A DNA stretch of 63,350 bases, the filler included, from Reclinomonas americana ATCC 50394 (taxonomy: Eukaryota), in NCBI GenBank assembly GCA_048213135.1. It is 23 parts of 23 records of this genome, joined end to end, with 100 filler letters (N's around TTAATTAATTAA, not from the genome) between each part and the next. Parts side by side here need not be neighbours in the genome. Positions count along the whole stretch, not along the records: positions 1 to 11,062 come from AFZH01022857.1; positions 11,163 to 15,396 come from AFZH01022859.1; 21 more parts are not named here. One strand, given 5' to 3'. Position 1 is the stretch's first letter; every line of letters starts with the position of its first letter. Made by a program: the position numbers and the translations under genes. The notes beneath the pieces are model-generated. The model saw nothing but the letters and a program-made list of their open reading frames with translations. It was not told the DNA's origin and did no database searches. This document shows positions 1 to 12,746 of this stretch, one piece after another.

Positions 1-524
1 ACATGTACACTTGAAATTTCACATCGTCGAAGCCGTAAAAGTCGAGTTCCACGCGCGCGCGCCCCTCTCTATGTAAAAAGACTAGCACTTCCATGAAAGT
101 TTTGCGCGCGGAGCGCGCCGCTATTTTTTTCTCCCCAGAAGGGCTGCGGTGAATTACAGTTCCGTCGATCAGACAGTTTGACTTGCAATTGTGAACTTCG
201 ACGCTTTGTTTCTCCCCAAAGCCAACTTGTCGACTGTCCTCGGACAGCGGGCGCTTGTAGAACCTGGTTACCTACGTAGCTGCTGCGTCAGGTCCCCCAA
301 CACGTTCATGCTAGGCACAAAAAGGCAGCCGCTTCGAATTTGAACCACGTTTCCTGCCGTTTCTAGGCACTTTTCAGCGAGGCATTAATTGTTTTTCTCG
401 ACCAGCATTATTTCTTTTTGCTTCGGAATGCCGGGCATTATTTCTTTTAAAGTATTAATACACCGACCTACACCCCCCCGTGAGAGAGGGGACACACAAA
501 GGACATCTCTTCTTTCGCGATTCG

Positions 525-1600
525 ATGAGCGACGACAGCGACTCTTCTTCGTCTTCCTCCTCCTCCTCCTCTTCTTCTTCGTCCTCTGATGGAGAGACAT
601 CAGCACAGCTGGCGGCCTTTGCTGCGGCCAATGTGGTGGTGGAGGCCGACGTCTTTCGCGGAGGAGTGAGCGAAAAGAAGAAGAAGAAGAAGAGCAAGGA
701 GGAGAAAAAGGCGAAAGAGGAGGTCGAAGAGGATGCCGAGGCGAAGCAGGAACGCAAGGCGGCGAGGAAGAAAAAGAAGAAGGTGACACACACGAGTGTC
801 GCCAACGCATGCATGCATCTGTCAACAGTGTGTTCTCTCTCTTCTCCGCAGTCCGAGGCAGCGGCCGCTGCTGTGTTGAGCAAGCTGGGCATTCAACTGC
901 GTGAGTTGCGTGACTGGCTGCGGTGGTGGGTGGAGAAGAGGAAGGAGAAGTAACAGGTTGGCGCAGTCCGGCCATCGCGTTGCGACCACTGAATGTCGAC
1001 CGGAACAAGCGCAGTCTGCGTGAGGCCATGGAGGCGGAGGCGACGTTGCGTTTTCCTCCTGTCTCTCTCTCCCTCGCTCTGTTTACGTGCTCGCTCATTG
1101 CGCCGTTCGTGGCAGTGGTGGACCGGGCAAGCGACACGGCTTCAATGTGCACCTGACGCAGAAGCTGCATGCGCGGTTGGATCGCGAGTTGGAGTGGTCA
1201 TCTGCGGATGCCGACGATGAGGAAGATGAGGGTGCGTATGGGGGTGCTGGTGGTCGGAGGCTCTTTTATGACTGATGGTGGGAATGCAGAGGATGGCACT
1301 GCAGCACCGCTAAAACTGCTCCGCTCCAGCGCCGTACCACTGTCGACCGCGGAGGCAGCGTCGGTGAGGTCGCCCTGCAAGAGTGTTGCCTTCTCCCGCT
1401 GCTGAATGTACGCCTGCAGTCTGAGCCACCGAGGAAAAAGCGGAGACGGCTGGCGGGCGTTGTGCAAGAGCCCGAAAGTTCAGAGGATGAGGTGTGTGTA
1501 TGTGTTATGTGCCTGCGATCGTGCTACAGTGACTGACACTGTCGTGTGATACAAGGACACACACATGGCCAAGTGCGGATCTGTGGCCGTCTCGTTTTGA
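525..1600 (+). CDS. Multi-exon eukaryotic gene, CUSTOS (C12orf43)-like low-complexity protein
   Basis: ATG at 525 and several short GT..AG introns (e.g. 783-851). Manual splicing gives a Ser-rich N-terminus, a Lys-rich block, FNVHLTQKLHARLD, LKLLRSS, PPRKKRR and EDEDTHMAKCGSVAVSF* (stop at 1598-1600). This motif order resembles CUSTOS as I recall it. Confidence 0.45.
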
Positions 1601-1677
1601 AGCCTCGACATAATACACTTGATAGACATGAATGTACAAGGTGTTTGTACTCCCTTCCCTCTCTCTTTCTAACCCCC

Positions 1678-4178
1678 TCAGAAGAGCACAGTGTGTCCCG
1701 GTCCGAGGGAGGCGTTGGCCACCACCTCGAGCACGTAGTCGGTGATGCGTGGATCGATGCCGGTGAACACGTTGCTCTCGCGCGCTCGGACCACCAGGGT
1801 TCGTGCGCGCTCTGGCGACACTCGTCGTGCCACGGTGGATCTCGTCTTGCGCACAGCCATGTCCTTGGCCAGACGAATGAGCCACGTTTCGGGAGTCTCT
1901 CCGTCGCGGTCATCCGTCACATGCATCTGGTGGATAGGCTGAGTGCTGGTGCTGCCACCACTTCCTGCTGTCGCCGTCGCCTTGCTGGCCCGCTCGGTGT
2001 CCAGTTCCAGGCTGTCGACAAACTTGAAGAACTCGGCAATCGCCGTGGGTGCATTGGGTGACACCTGAAGAAGCGGAATGGGGGGTGAGTGGCAAAAAGG
2101 CACACGCACACACATATTATGTTTGTGCTCAAGACCTCGTCTTCGACATTCTCCTTCGCGAGTTCCACACGCAGACGCTCTGCAGTGGGAAACTCGTCGA
2201 CTGGAATGGAGGCCACCAGAGGCTCCAACGCATCCCACAGCCGACTCCGATAGCACAAACGCAATGTCTCCACTGCCACGCGTTCTGCACAACCAACCAC
2301 ACTGGTGAGAATCGCGACGTCGACTCACACACCATCGCAGGCAACAAACGCACTTGGTACAACGGCACCGTGTCGGAGCAACAACATGACCGTGCCCACG
2401 TGACCAGTGGCCACAGCGAGCAGGACGGGATGCCGGTCGGGGAACTTGTGGTTGTTGACATCGGCACCCTTCTCCAGCAAGTACCTCGCAATGTGTGTGT
2501 AGCCTCGCATGCACGCATCAGCCAGTGGCGAGTTGCCGTCCAGATCGGCGTCGTTGAGTGGGAAGTCGGGTATGGCGGTGAGAATGCGCCGCACCACATC
2601 CGCGTGGCCACTGATGCAGGCATCTGGGCGGGTTGCACAAACGAGAGAGAGGTCGTGAGTTCAGACGACTCACGCAACAGCAGCACGACGGATCGCCACA
2701 CAACATGAGAGTGCCGAGCGTTCGGCAATAATGTCAGTGGCTCGCAATTCAGCGTGATCACTGCATGGCGATGTATGAGACGATGCGGTGAACAGGTGCA
2801 GCAAAGCAGGCACGACGCGCGCGTACGCACCACGTCTCAATCAGATGATTCACCACGTCCAACTTGCCGGCGCCGCACGCCAACATGAAGCTCGTGCGGC
2901 CGTTCAAATCGCCACTCATCACATTGACGCCGTGCTTTTGCAGCACCTTGAGTATCTGCACCCAGACCGATTACGAGTGAGTGACTCCTCTCTTGGATTA
3001 TCACAGTGGCATCAGCAGCACCTCCAGTGCCCCATTGGCTCCCGCAAAGACCGGAGCGAGCTCTGTTATTCCGCCATCCGCAGTCTTCAGTCCGATCCGT
3101 GACGGCAGTGTGAAGGAGAGGTCGCGCTGCACGAGAAGGTGTGTGCGCAGCAGTTCCTGCAACCGTGGTCCGTCGTCGGCCTCGATCAGCTTGACGAGCT
3201 CGCCGCAGCTCAGGACCGGCTTGGACGGAGGAGGACTGGTGATAATGGTCATCATCGAGCCTGCGACGGACGGTCAGTCAGATGCGCGATTCATGACAGC
3301 CGCACACACACACAGCACGCACACACCTTGTCGCTCTACTTCAGGACTGAGCCGCTCATCGTCGTCCTCCACCTTCGGCGCGGGTGTGGTCGGCGTCGCC
3401 GCACTCCCATGTGGCGATGGCGGCAGTGAGGCTGGCGCGTGCGGCTCTGGCGCCTCAAATCTGTCATCACCACCCCACACGTCATCGTCCGAGAAGTCAT
3501 CGTCGCCGGGCTTGATGTCAATGGCGCCCGTGATGGAGTCATCCTCGGCCAGCGACGACTCATCCATCGACTCATCTTCGTGTTCGATCCTGCTGCCGCT
3601 GTCATCGTCATCCTCCTCCTCATCGTCATCATCCTCATCATCCTCACTGGAGCACAAACAACAGCGTCACACGATCAGTGCACACGTGTGTCCGGTGTGA
3701 CGATGGATCGATCACAACCCAACCGCAACTTGATAATGACCGTGTCGTCGCTGTCGTGGTGCACCGGCGACTTTTGCTCCCTCACGATCGAATCGAGCGT
3801 GGGCAGCGCCAGTGTGGCACTCGCCTGCTCTGGCGCCGCGGCCACAGGTGACAGTGGCGCAGGCTCAACGACAGTCGTCGTCGCCGTCATCACGACCTCC
3901 ACAACCGTCCGAGGCTCCACGTGAGCATCTGTTGCTGCTGCTGTTGCTGCTGTTACTGCTATCACACTCTCTTGCTGAGGCCGTCGTTCTGGTGGCGGTG
4001 GCGGCGGTGGTGGTCGTCTCTGCAGGTACATCAACACCGCTCCCGAGCCGACGGCCACCGCACACACTCCTGTGCAGAGAACGACGAAGCTTCATGAGAA
4101 CACACGCGAAACGCACAGAGAGAGATGAGAGAGCGAACCGGCTGCTGTTAGCCACGGGTGTCGGCGGAACCACGACAT
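1678..4178 (-). CDS. Multi-exon ankyrin-repeat protein with N-terminal signal anchor
   Basis: The spliced start reads MSWFRRHPWLTAAG|VCAVAVGSGAVLMYLQRR, followed by a Pro-rich and acidic linker. Ankyrin repeats are visible (DLNGRTSFMLACGAGKLDVVNHLIE; DLDGNSPLADACMRGYTHIARYLLEKGADVN). The last exon ends at the 1678 stop. Confidence 0.75.
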
Positions 4179-4270
4179 GATGCACACACACACGAAGCGA
4201 GAGGCGCGAAATAAGATGATTGGCGGCTCTCCACTCTCCAAATCCGGCAAATTTGACAGGATATTTGAGG

Positions 4271-5472
4271 ATGAGCGCGCATGAAGCATTCGTCGAGGCC
4301 GGTGCCACGGCTCGTCGCCATGTCTTTCGCTGCGTGTATCGTGGCGGGCATGTGGTAGAAGCATCTGGCGACGATGATGAGGGCGATGCCGGAGCATCGG
4401 CCTCGCGATCGGAGGAGGTCGAGGGAGAAGAGTTTGACCAGTGGGAGTTTGTGGAGTACTCGAAGAAGGAGCACACGGTGGTGTACAAGAACAAGCGATT
4501 GCATTCACCGCTGCACACAGTTGCGTCGTTCGCGGAGAGTGCATGCAACTGATGCAATGTTTTTGTGATGAGGAAATGTGACAAGCAGTGGCGGGCGCAT
4601 GGTGTGGTGCCACACACGGTCGAGGTAGGCGAGAGTGTGCGCAGTGCAGCGAGACGCACGCACCTGTGCTGAGCGCATACACAGGAAGTGTTGCGAGTGT
4701 GCACAGTCGTGGAGACGCGACCGGAGTGGGATCCAATTTGCGTGGCTGGCAGGACCATTGAGCGAGTGGATGGTGTGTGTGGAGAAGTGCAGGAGTGTGC
4801 GCACACGGGCCTGACAGGGTTTGCGCAGAGGAGAACGTCATTGCATGGTGGGCATTCAAGGGTGTTCCGCTTCTCATTTCCGAAAGAGACATGTTGCGTC
4901 GCCTGCGTTCTCTTTCTGTCTCTCTCTTTCTCTGCTGACGAGCACCATCGTCTCCGTCCAGTGTGTTGAATGTGCGCGTGGAACGATTGCCGGATGGGCG
5001 GGCCGTGGTGGCATCGGGCTCTGTCGAACATCCGGAGTTTCGTGAGCTGCTACCGCAACAGAGAGTGCCTTCCGCGGTGCCTTGCTGATGTGCTTGTTGG
5101 TGCAGATGTCCGGAAGACGGCTCACGTGTGCGTGCGCTCTCATGCGTGGCCGGGCTGCTGCTGGTACCGGTGCCTGTCACCGTGCAGCCGGCCGACGTGA
5201 ATCGCGAGTGGATCGACAACTGGCTGCAGGAGACCGGCGAGGCTCACATGATTGACGATCCGTCGCAGCCGCATCACACGCTGTTGACGTACGTGGGCTG
5301 CGTGGATCCCCGCGGCCTCATTCCGAAGTGGGTGCGTGACTGTGACGTAGTACACGCGCGAGTGTGCAATGATCGCTCACTCACGTACTTGCAGGCGGTC
5401 AACTTGGGCGCCAAGAAGGGCACCACGACGGTGGATTCGCTGCGCCGATACTTGGCCGCGCACCGTGAATGA
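4271..5472 (+). CDS. Multi-exon START (StAR-related lipid transfer) domain protein
   Basis: Spliced motifs WEFVEY..VVYK, WRAHGVV, RPEWDPICV and TLLTYVGCVDPRGLIPKW|AVN follow the START-domain pattern. Confidence 0.75.
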
Positions 5473-5573
5473 AAAAGCCACTCTACTCTGTTCATCGCCT
5501 CAACTGCGTCTGTACTGTACAACAACAACAACAACAACAACACGGGAGAAGAAAGACACCGCCATCGCGCTAC

Positions 5574-8500
5574 TCACTGTGCGCCTCGACGCTGTCGCTT
5601 GCGCACCGGCGGTGCAGCAGCGGCAGTGTCCAAGTCTCCTGGCGCCGTGGCGTCCTCCTCCATGACCTCGGCCAGCTCGTCGTCGTCGGCCGTACCACCT
5701 TCCTCCAGTGATACGTCCTCTTCGTCGGCGGTGGAGTCGGCGGTGGAAAAAGTTCGCTTGCGCGCAATCTGTGAGCCTCCAGTTGTTCTTGTCGACTGCT
5801 GCATTGCAGGTGGCGTTGTGCTGGTCGCAATGAGCATCGAATCGGCGCTGTGAAGGGATCACAGAACTCGTAAGCACACAATCGCTTGGCCTCTGCACCG
5901 TAATGATCTCACAACGCACATAAAGTCAATGGAGGCGTTCTCGTCCGAGATCGCCGACAGCGGTGGGCGACTGAACGGCTCGTCGTTGTCTTCGTCTTGC
6001 AGCGATGAGGCCAGCGACGGGCGGTGCGGCACCGGAGCACTGAAGGGAAGCGCTGTCGTCGTCGTGGTGGACGTGGTGGTGGTGGAGGTGGAAGACGTGG
6101 CAGTGGGTGCGTTGGCTGCCCACGATGGCGGTCGTGCGGTGGTTGGACGAGACGGGGCCTTGGTGGTCGCCGGCGGCGGCGGCGGTGGTGATGGCGGCGC
6201 CTGTGCTTCTTGCGGCAGCGTGCGAATGAGGTGCTGCTCGATGCGCGCCAACATGGTGTGGTTTAGCTGGTGCAGATCGCGGTAGCGCCACAGCTGCACG
6301 ATGAGGTACACGACAGAGAGCAGTGCAAACGTCTGCGCGTGAAACGACGGTGAGTTGGTGGCTCGGATCGCGCCGCACTGCACGCACATGCGTACCTTGC
6401 GCAGTGACCAGAGAATAACGCGCAGATCCTGAATGGACTTGGTGCTGTCCAGGTGGTGCTGCTCGGAGACCATGCGCTCCAAGCACAGGCAAAAGAGGAG
6501 GCCGCCAAGCAGCGGTAAGCGAGCCGGACGTGCGCGATCCACGGTGGTCACCAAGAAGGCGACGAGCAGCGCAAAAATGTAGTACAGAATGTCCTTGAAG
6601 TCGAGGAACTCGCCTGCGTGTTGCATGCGTCAAACGCATATCTTGTGTTCACAGTAGCAGCATCATCACTCACCAACAAGGAACGACTGCAGTCCGCTCA
6701 CGTGATCCAGCGACGCCATGATTTGCTGACCGAATTCACCAATGCGCCGCTCCTGCTCGGTGAGCTTGCTGATGGTGTCGGCAGCACTCGTTCGCAGTGA
6801 GCGCAGGTGCTCCGAGGCTGCTGTGAAGCTCGCCTGCTGCTCACTGCGCAGCGTCATCAATTCCTCCTGCGCCTGCGCAATCTGGTGGCGCTGCGCCTCC
6901 AACTGCGCCAGCGTCTCATCGGCGCGCTCACGCAGTCCACTCAGGTGTGTGTGCGTCGACTCAAAGCCCACACGTTGAGCCTCCTGCGGGTGGTTGAGAA
7001 CAAAGGCGTGGACAGTTGACGGGGGAAGAAGACGCACCTTTAGCTTCTTCAGCCGCTTCTGCGCCTCCACGAGATGTGCATCCTGCTGCGCCAGTTGCTC
7101 CAGGGTCACGGTGGCCTTGTCCGACAGCGACGACAAGCGATGCTTGGCGTCTTCGAAGCGCTCCGTTTCCTCCACACGCAAACGCGACAACTGCTCCGCC
7201 GTCACTCGGTGCTGCTCCAGCAGTTCCTCCTTGCTCCGCCCAATGGCCGTCAGGACCTCGGCTGACCGCACATGCAGCTCTCCGATGCCCTCGAGTACGC
7301 GATGCTGACCGTGGTGAATCGTGTCGAGTTGTTCACCGGCTTTGTCAAAGGCGGCCTTTTGTGACACCTGTGGCATTCGCAAAGCAATGAGTCGGCAACG
7401 ACTGTGGCGCAGCTGATGACGGCGGGTACCACCTACCGTGAGGTGCTCGATGCCATCCTGAGCGCGATGCACAGACTGCACAGACACACACATTTTCACG
7501 TTAGCAGGGTGACAAAGAAAGCAGCAGTAAAAGGGCACTGCATGCGCACCGAGAGCACATCATCCTGCTTCTGCAGCAACTCCTGCTGTTTCTCCAACGA
7601 GGTTTTGACCAAGGAGACAGTCTCGGCCTGGCGACTGTGCACATCGCGCACTGTACGCAGCGTGGTGTCCTCGGCTGCCTGCAACAAGTTCTGCTGATAG
7701 GCCAGCGTCTTCTGCTCCGTCAGCAACTTCTGCTGCGTCTTGCGACTCGCGGCCAGCGAGCCAGCAATCTGCGCCGAGTCGTTCTTCAACGCTGTCATGC
7801 GCTGCGTCATCTCCGCATGACGCGCATGCTCCTCAGCACTCAGCTCCTGCCGCGCGCACGGGGGTGAGCATCGATCGCGAAAGCACAGCGCTTTTCACAC
7901 GCGAACCTTGAGGTCACTGCGCAGGGCCGTCTGATGCTGCTGAATGTCGGTGACCACCTCGTGACTGGCATGCCTGTGACACAGCGGCTCAGTGAGTGCT
8001 CGCTCAAGGGAGAGAGAGAGGCAACGGGACGCAACACAGCGCGGTGAATGTCGTTTGTCTCGTGCACAACGCGATCCAACTGGCCCATGGCCGCCTGCGA
8101 CACCTTGTGCAACCCAACGACAATATCTGCGGTGCGCCTACAGTGCGAGTGAGCGGGGGAACGGTTGGAGACACAGAGGAAGAGATGATCCGCACCGCTG
8201 AAAGGCGTCGGCCTGCCAGTGATTGCAGATGATGTCCACGTGCGTGACAAAGTTGGTCATCTGCGTCGAGCCGCCAATCGTCTCTTGACACTGCCTCCAC
8301 GTGCTCTCAATGTCCTCGCACTCGACCGGGATCGGCTGGCGCATGGCGCGCCAGTAACACATCAACAAGCTGTGACGCGCATGAGAAAAAAGAAGCAACT
8401 GACCATTGCGCCAAGCAGCAAGACTCACCCTGCCGCATATCGCAGTCGCTCCTGCCCATCAGCCTCCATCGATGCGCATCCATTCTGCAGGCGCTCAGTG

Positions 8501-8812
8501 ACCCGGCTCACGCACTCTCGATCCTCTGCATCACCGCCTGTCAGTTGGCCAACAACAAAAAATCATCGCCATTCAATGTAACCACCACCACCACCTCTGC
8601 TCACCGTCGGTCTTCGACAACTGATCAACCACCCTCAGCGCAGCCTGCAGTGCCTGTGACGAAGACGACGCCTTTTGCATCCGCACATCCCCGAGAGATC
8701 TTGCTGCTTGTGAAGATTCCTCGCTCGCGCTTGCCGATCGCCCTTCCACGGCGATCAACGAGGAGGCGAGAAGAAGGAAGAGAAGCGCCACAACGGCCAC
8801 GTTGCCGCTCAT
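5574..8812 (-). CDS. Multi-exon GEX1/KAR5/Brambleberry-family nuclear envelope fusion protein
   Basis: Signal peptide MSGNVAVVALLFLLLASSLIAVEG. Six-Cys luminal domain (ECVSRVTERLQNGC..LLMCYW..VECEDI..QCQETI..FVTHVDIICNHWQ). Long coiled coil, then three hydrophobic segments (ILYYIFALLVAFLVTT..RARPARLPLLGGLLFCLCLER..LWRYRD..N) and a basic C-terminal tail RKRQRR. Confidence 0.8.
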
Positions 8813-8970
8813 CTTTTCTCGAGAGGATGAGAGCGAGCCGCTGTGGCCAATCACGGAGATTTGTCCTCATTGATTTCGCGTGTGGTGAGTGGAGATATGA
8901 CCGCGCCTCTCTCCCTCTTTGCGCCTCTCTCACACTCACGTGCATGCGTGCGTGCCTCAGGGTAGAGGAG

Positions 8971-11062
8971 ATGGCGACTGTCGAGAAGCACGAAATCGCC
9001 GCTGATGGCAAGAAGGTGTGTGTGCGACATGTGCGTGTGATCTGCACTTCGACAACTCCTCTCTCTCTCTTCCGCTCCGCCTCCCTCCCACCCTCTCTCT
9101 CATGCACGCACGCGCGTTCCCCTACGCCACCTTGTCGAGCATGTCACTCACTGCATCTTGTGTGTGTGTGTGTGTTTCTTTTTTGTCTTGCATGACCCGA
9201 TTGCCACGTGTCGTCGTCGTGTGACCGAATGCAGTCGTCATCATCCTCCTCGGCGCCCTCATCGCCATCGCTGCCTCCGGTGGTGGTTCCGAAGCGCTCC
9301 GCATGGGCGGGCGTGGGCGTCGGAGTGCTGACAGTGCTGGTCGTCGTCGGCTTTGTGATCTTTGCCACACTGCAACGCAAGTGGGAGCGAGAACACTTGC
9401 TCACATCGCCGCTCGGACGCGCGCTCTTCACCGACAGCCACGCCGATGGTGGAGCACAGGTGAGCGGCGAGGAGGGTGTCATTGAGTGGCGATCTGTGTG
9501 TTGACTGTCGTCGACGTGCACAGACGGTGCGCGACATTTTCGCGGCGGTCGAACCGACGGTGGAGGAGCTGAAGCGGCGCCGGTTTGAGGGTGTGGTGAC
9601 GCCCGACGATGAGGCACGCGATGCGCAAGGGTGGCAGTTGACCGAGTCGGCGATCTTGGCGGGTCGGGCGGCCGCCAAGGACGTGCTTCGTGTGCACGCG
9701 CAGGAGGTCGACAAGTCGCGCGATCCGGACGATGCGGCTGAGAAGTCGCTGACGGCGGGCATGCGCGAGCTGCTGGCACCGACGACGCGAGGAGAGGTGT
9801 CGGATCGTGCGGCGCGTCATGCGCGTCGTGAGTTTGCGCTGACCATCCTGGAGCACGGCCGTGCCCTGAAGGCTGTGCAGTGGATGTGGAAGCAGGCGTA
9901 CGGCGAGCAGCCGAAGGAGGAGGAGAACAAGTCGCCGGAGGGCGCAGTGGCTGGCGAGACCAAGAAGCGTCGTGCCAAGGAGAAGGAGAAGGCCGAGGAG
10001 CAGGTCAAGCCCAATGTTCCGCACCTCGACCGCGTGGGCGACGGATCCGGCATTGGTGTGCGCGAGGTGCGTGTGCCGTCGCTCCGTCTGCCTCTCTCTC
10101 TCTCTCTCTCTCCCTCAATCATTGCATCTGACTTTGTGTGTGCGTGCCGCAGATGGCCGTCTACGCGTGTCTGCGAGGCAGCCGACTGGCGCAGCGCACG
10201 CTGGTCACCGAGTACGAAGAGCTTTTCGTGCTGGGCATGCGTGCCGACCACAACCATTGGCTGGCCGACTGGCAGCGCGAGGTTTGCGTCTCTCGTTCAC
10301 TGCCTTGTGTGTGCAAATCTAGTCACTGAATTGTGTGTGTACGTGCAGTTTGAAGACACGGAGGCCAAGCCGCTGGGCGATCGCATCGATCGCTGCGAGT
10401 TCGAAAACGTGCAAATGTCGTACGTGCACCAGCTGCGTAGCGGTCGCCGCCCACGCGATCCATTCGCTCGCAAGGACCCGAACTTGCCCGACAACGCCCC
10501 CCTGACGGTCACCACGCCAATTCTGGTGGCGGCCAGTGTGGAGGAGCGTCGTACGGCGGCCGTTCGCCTGGAGGTTCGCGAGAACAACCCACTGTACGTG
10601 CGCTTCTGGCTGCTGTGCCAGATGCTGGCCGACTTCCCGAACGGCTCGCGCCCGTGCGACAAGCTCACCTACGAGGAGTTCCGCGACGGCTTCCGCCCCG
10701 GTCGCCCCAACATCCTCAACGTCTACGAGGTCTCCTCTGACATGATGTTGCAGTACGGCGGGCACGGCGGTATGGCCATGGAGCCCTCCAACTTTTTCTA
10801 CATGACGCGCTACATGGGCAACCTGATCAACATTGAGTGCAAGGGTTGCGTTGTCTGCTTTTTCTCCGCTTCCGCCCTCTTTGTCTGTGAGAATGTGTCA
10901 CTCAACTGCCATCGCACAGTGCACGGCATTGGTTGCCAGGGCATGGAGCAGATTGGCGACAATCTCATGCACAACCCGCAACTCGTGTCGGTCATGTTCT
11001 CCAGCACCACCTGCAAGTCGTCGTGGTCCATTGGTCACTTCTGCGAGCGCACCAATAGCGTG
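8971..11062 (+). CDS. Multi-exon type II membrane protein of unknown function (3' truncated at spacer)
   Basis: ATG at 8971 and GT..AG introns. One TM segment (AWAGVGVGVLTVLVVVGFVIFATL), then long codon-biased exons in 9476..11062. Confidence 0.6.
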
Positions 11063-11162
11063 NNNNNNNNNNNNNNNNNNNNNNNNNNNNNNNNNNNNNN
11101 NNNNNNTTAATTAATTAANNNNNNNNNNNNNNNNNNNNNNNNNNNNNNNNNNNNNNNNNNNN
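11063..11162. other. Artificial contig spacer (44N-TTAATTAATTAA-44N), first of 22
   Basis: Identical 100-nt units start at 11063, 15397, 17509, 19993, 22109, 26651, 28447, 29739, 32895, 34253, 36097, 37885, 40264, 41608, 44732, 46892, 49512, 52335, 54903, 56026, 59241 and 61745. Confidence 0.98.
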
Positions 11163-12712
11163 AAAATGAAGCCACGATGTGCGGAAGCGCACCGAACCAA
11201 GCTCCTGCAGTTGCGGCCGCCATGTTCACTCCCTTGGCAATGTATGGCAGAGCAATGATGGATGGCACCGTGAAAATGGACATGAGACCTGCACGGGGGG
11301 GCACAGCATTAGCACACACACGATAGAAGTGATAAGTCGCGAAGGGGGTGGCACAGAGACACACCAATGGGAGTCTCGGCCAGCTCCACGGCATTGACGC
11401 TGGCGGCAAGAGCAATGGATGCTGCTGAGCCACTGCAAAGAGAGCACCAAGAAAGGGGAGAGAGAGAGAGTAAGAGACGGAAGGAAAATACCAGAGGCAG
11501 ATGTGCGTAATCTTTTCTGAATCCACAAACGCACCACACCAAGGCACCGCCGGACATGATAATGGAGCTCTGCGTATCGATGCGTAGCAGTCGACGTCCC
11601 ACCCACGTGCACAAGAGCAGCAACAGCGGCGTGTCGATCCAAGACACCACCAAAGCACGCGGGGCGAGCGGGCCCAGGATCGAAAAGTCAATACTGCAGC
11701 ATCGCAAAAGCCTCATGAGTATCAAACTACATCCTTCCCGCAAAGACAGAACCGCGCCACGCACCACAACAGCACAAGCGACACTGAAATGTAGAGCTCG
11801 GTGAGCATGGCCGTGGTGAGCCACCGGGGTAACGTGCGTTCCTTGGGTATGTTGGCGATGATGCAGCCGAATATGATGGCCCAGATGGAGGAGCCGACAC
11901 TGCCTTGCTTGATTTGAATTTGGGCGGCGAGAATCTGCGACACCATCGCCACTCCCAGCACAACGAGATAGCCGAGTGGGAACAGCGACCATCGCAGCTT
12001 CGAATTGTCAACGGCTGCCAGACCGAGCCACACAAAGAGACCCATCAGCACGAAAAGCACCGGGAGTCCGCGGTTCGACGGCAAGTCAAAGGCGGAGAAC
12101 GGATTCGACTGCCACTTTTTCCACGTCGGCACCTGCACGTCTTGCGACACGCAGATGCAGCAAATCGCAAAGCAAATGAAGCCGATCCACACCGACCACC
12201 ACTCGTCCGCATTCCACCACGTGCCGTGTATCTGTCGCCGTAGCCACGACTTCTTCTTCGCTGGTGGCGGTGCGGCGGCGGCATCGGGCGACTTCAGCAC
12301 AATAACTTGGTCCTTGCTCAGCTGTGTGCGTGTGCGGACGAGTGAATCGGGCGGAGATGAGCGAGAGAATGAGGACGTGGGCCAGTGCACGTACCTGTCT
12401 GTCGTGTTCATCGCCGACAGCAGCAGCGGCGGCCGGCTGCACTCCACCCACAACATCCGCTGCGGCGGCGCCCGCAAGACCACCAGGTGGCATTGGATCT
12501 GACGAGCCCGACACCGACGACGATGAGGAAACGTGGCCGCCACCATCCTCACCGCCCTCTTTTTCATCCTCGTGATCGACCATGGGCTCGGGGGCGTGCG
12601 TGCGGTGGCGCCGACGAGGATCAATCTCACCATCATCATCATCTTCACGTGACGCATGATAATGCTCATCCTGATCACGCACATGAGTCGAATGCGAGCA
12701 TCGAGTGACACA

Positions 12713-12746
<34 letters not shown>

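Noticed and set aside
3865..5219. Long minus-strand ORFs of 375-388 aa in the eukaryotic contig
   Set aside because: They lie antisense to the spliced START gene and are rich in His/Thr/Cys from CA/GT-rich introns, with no recognisable domain.
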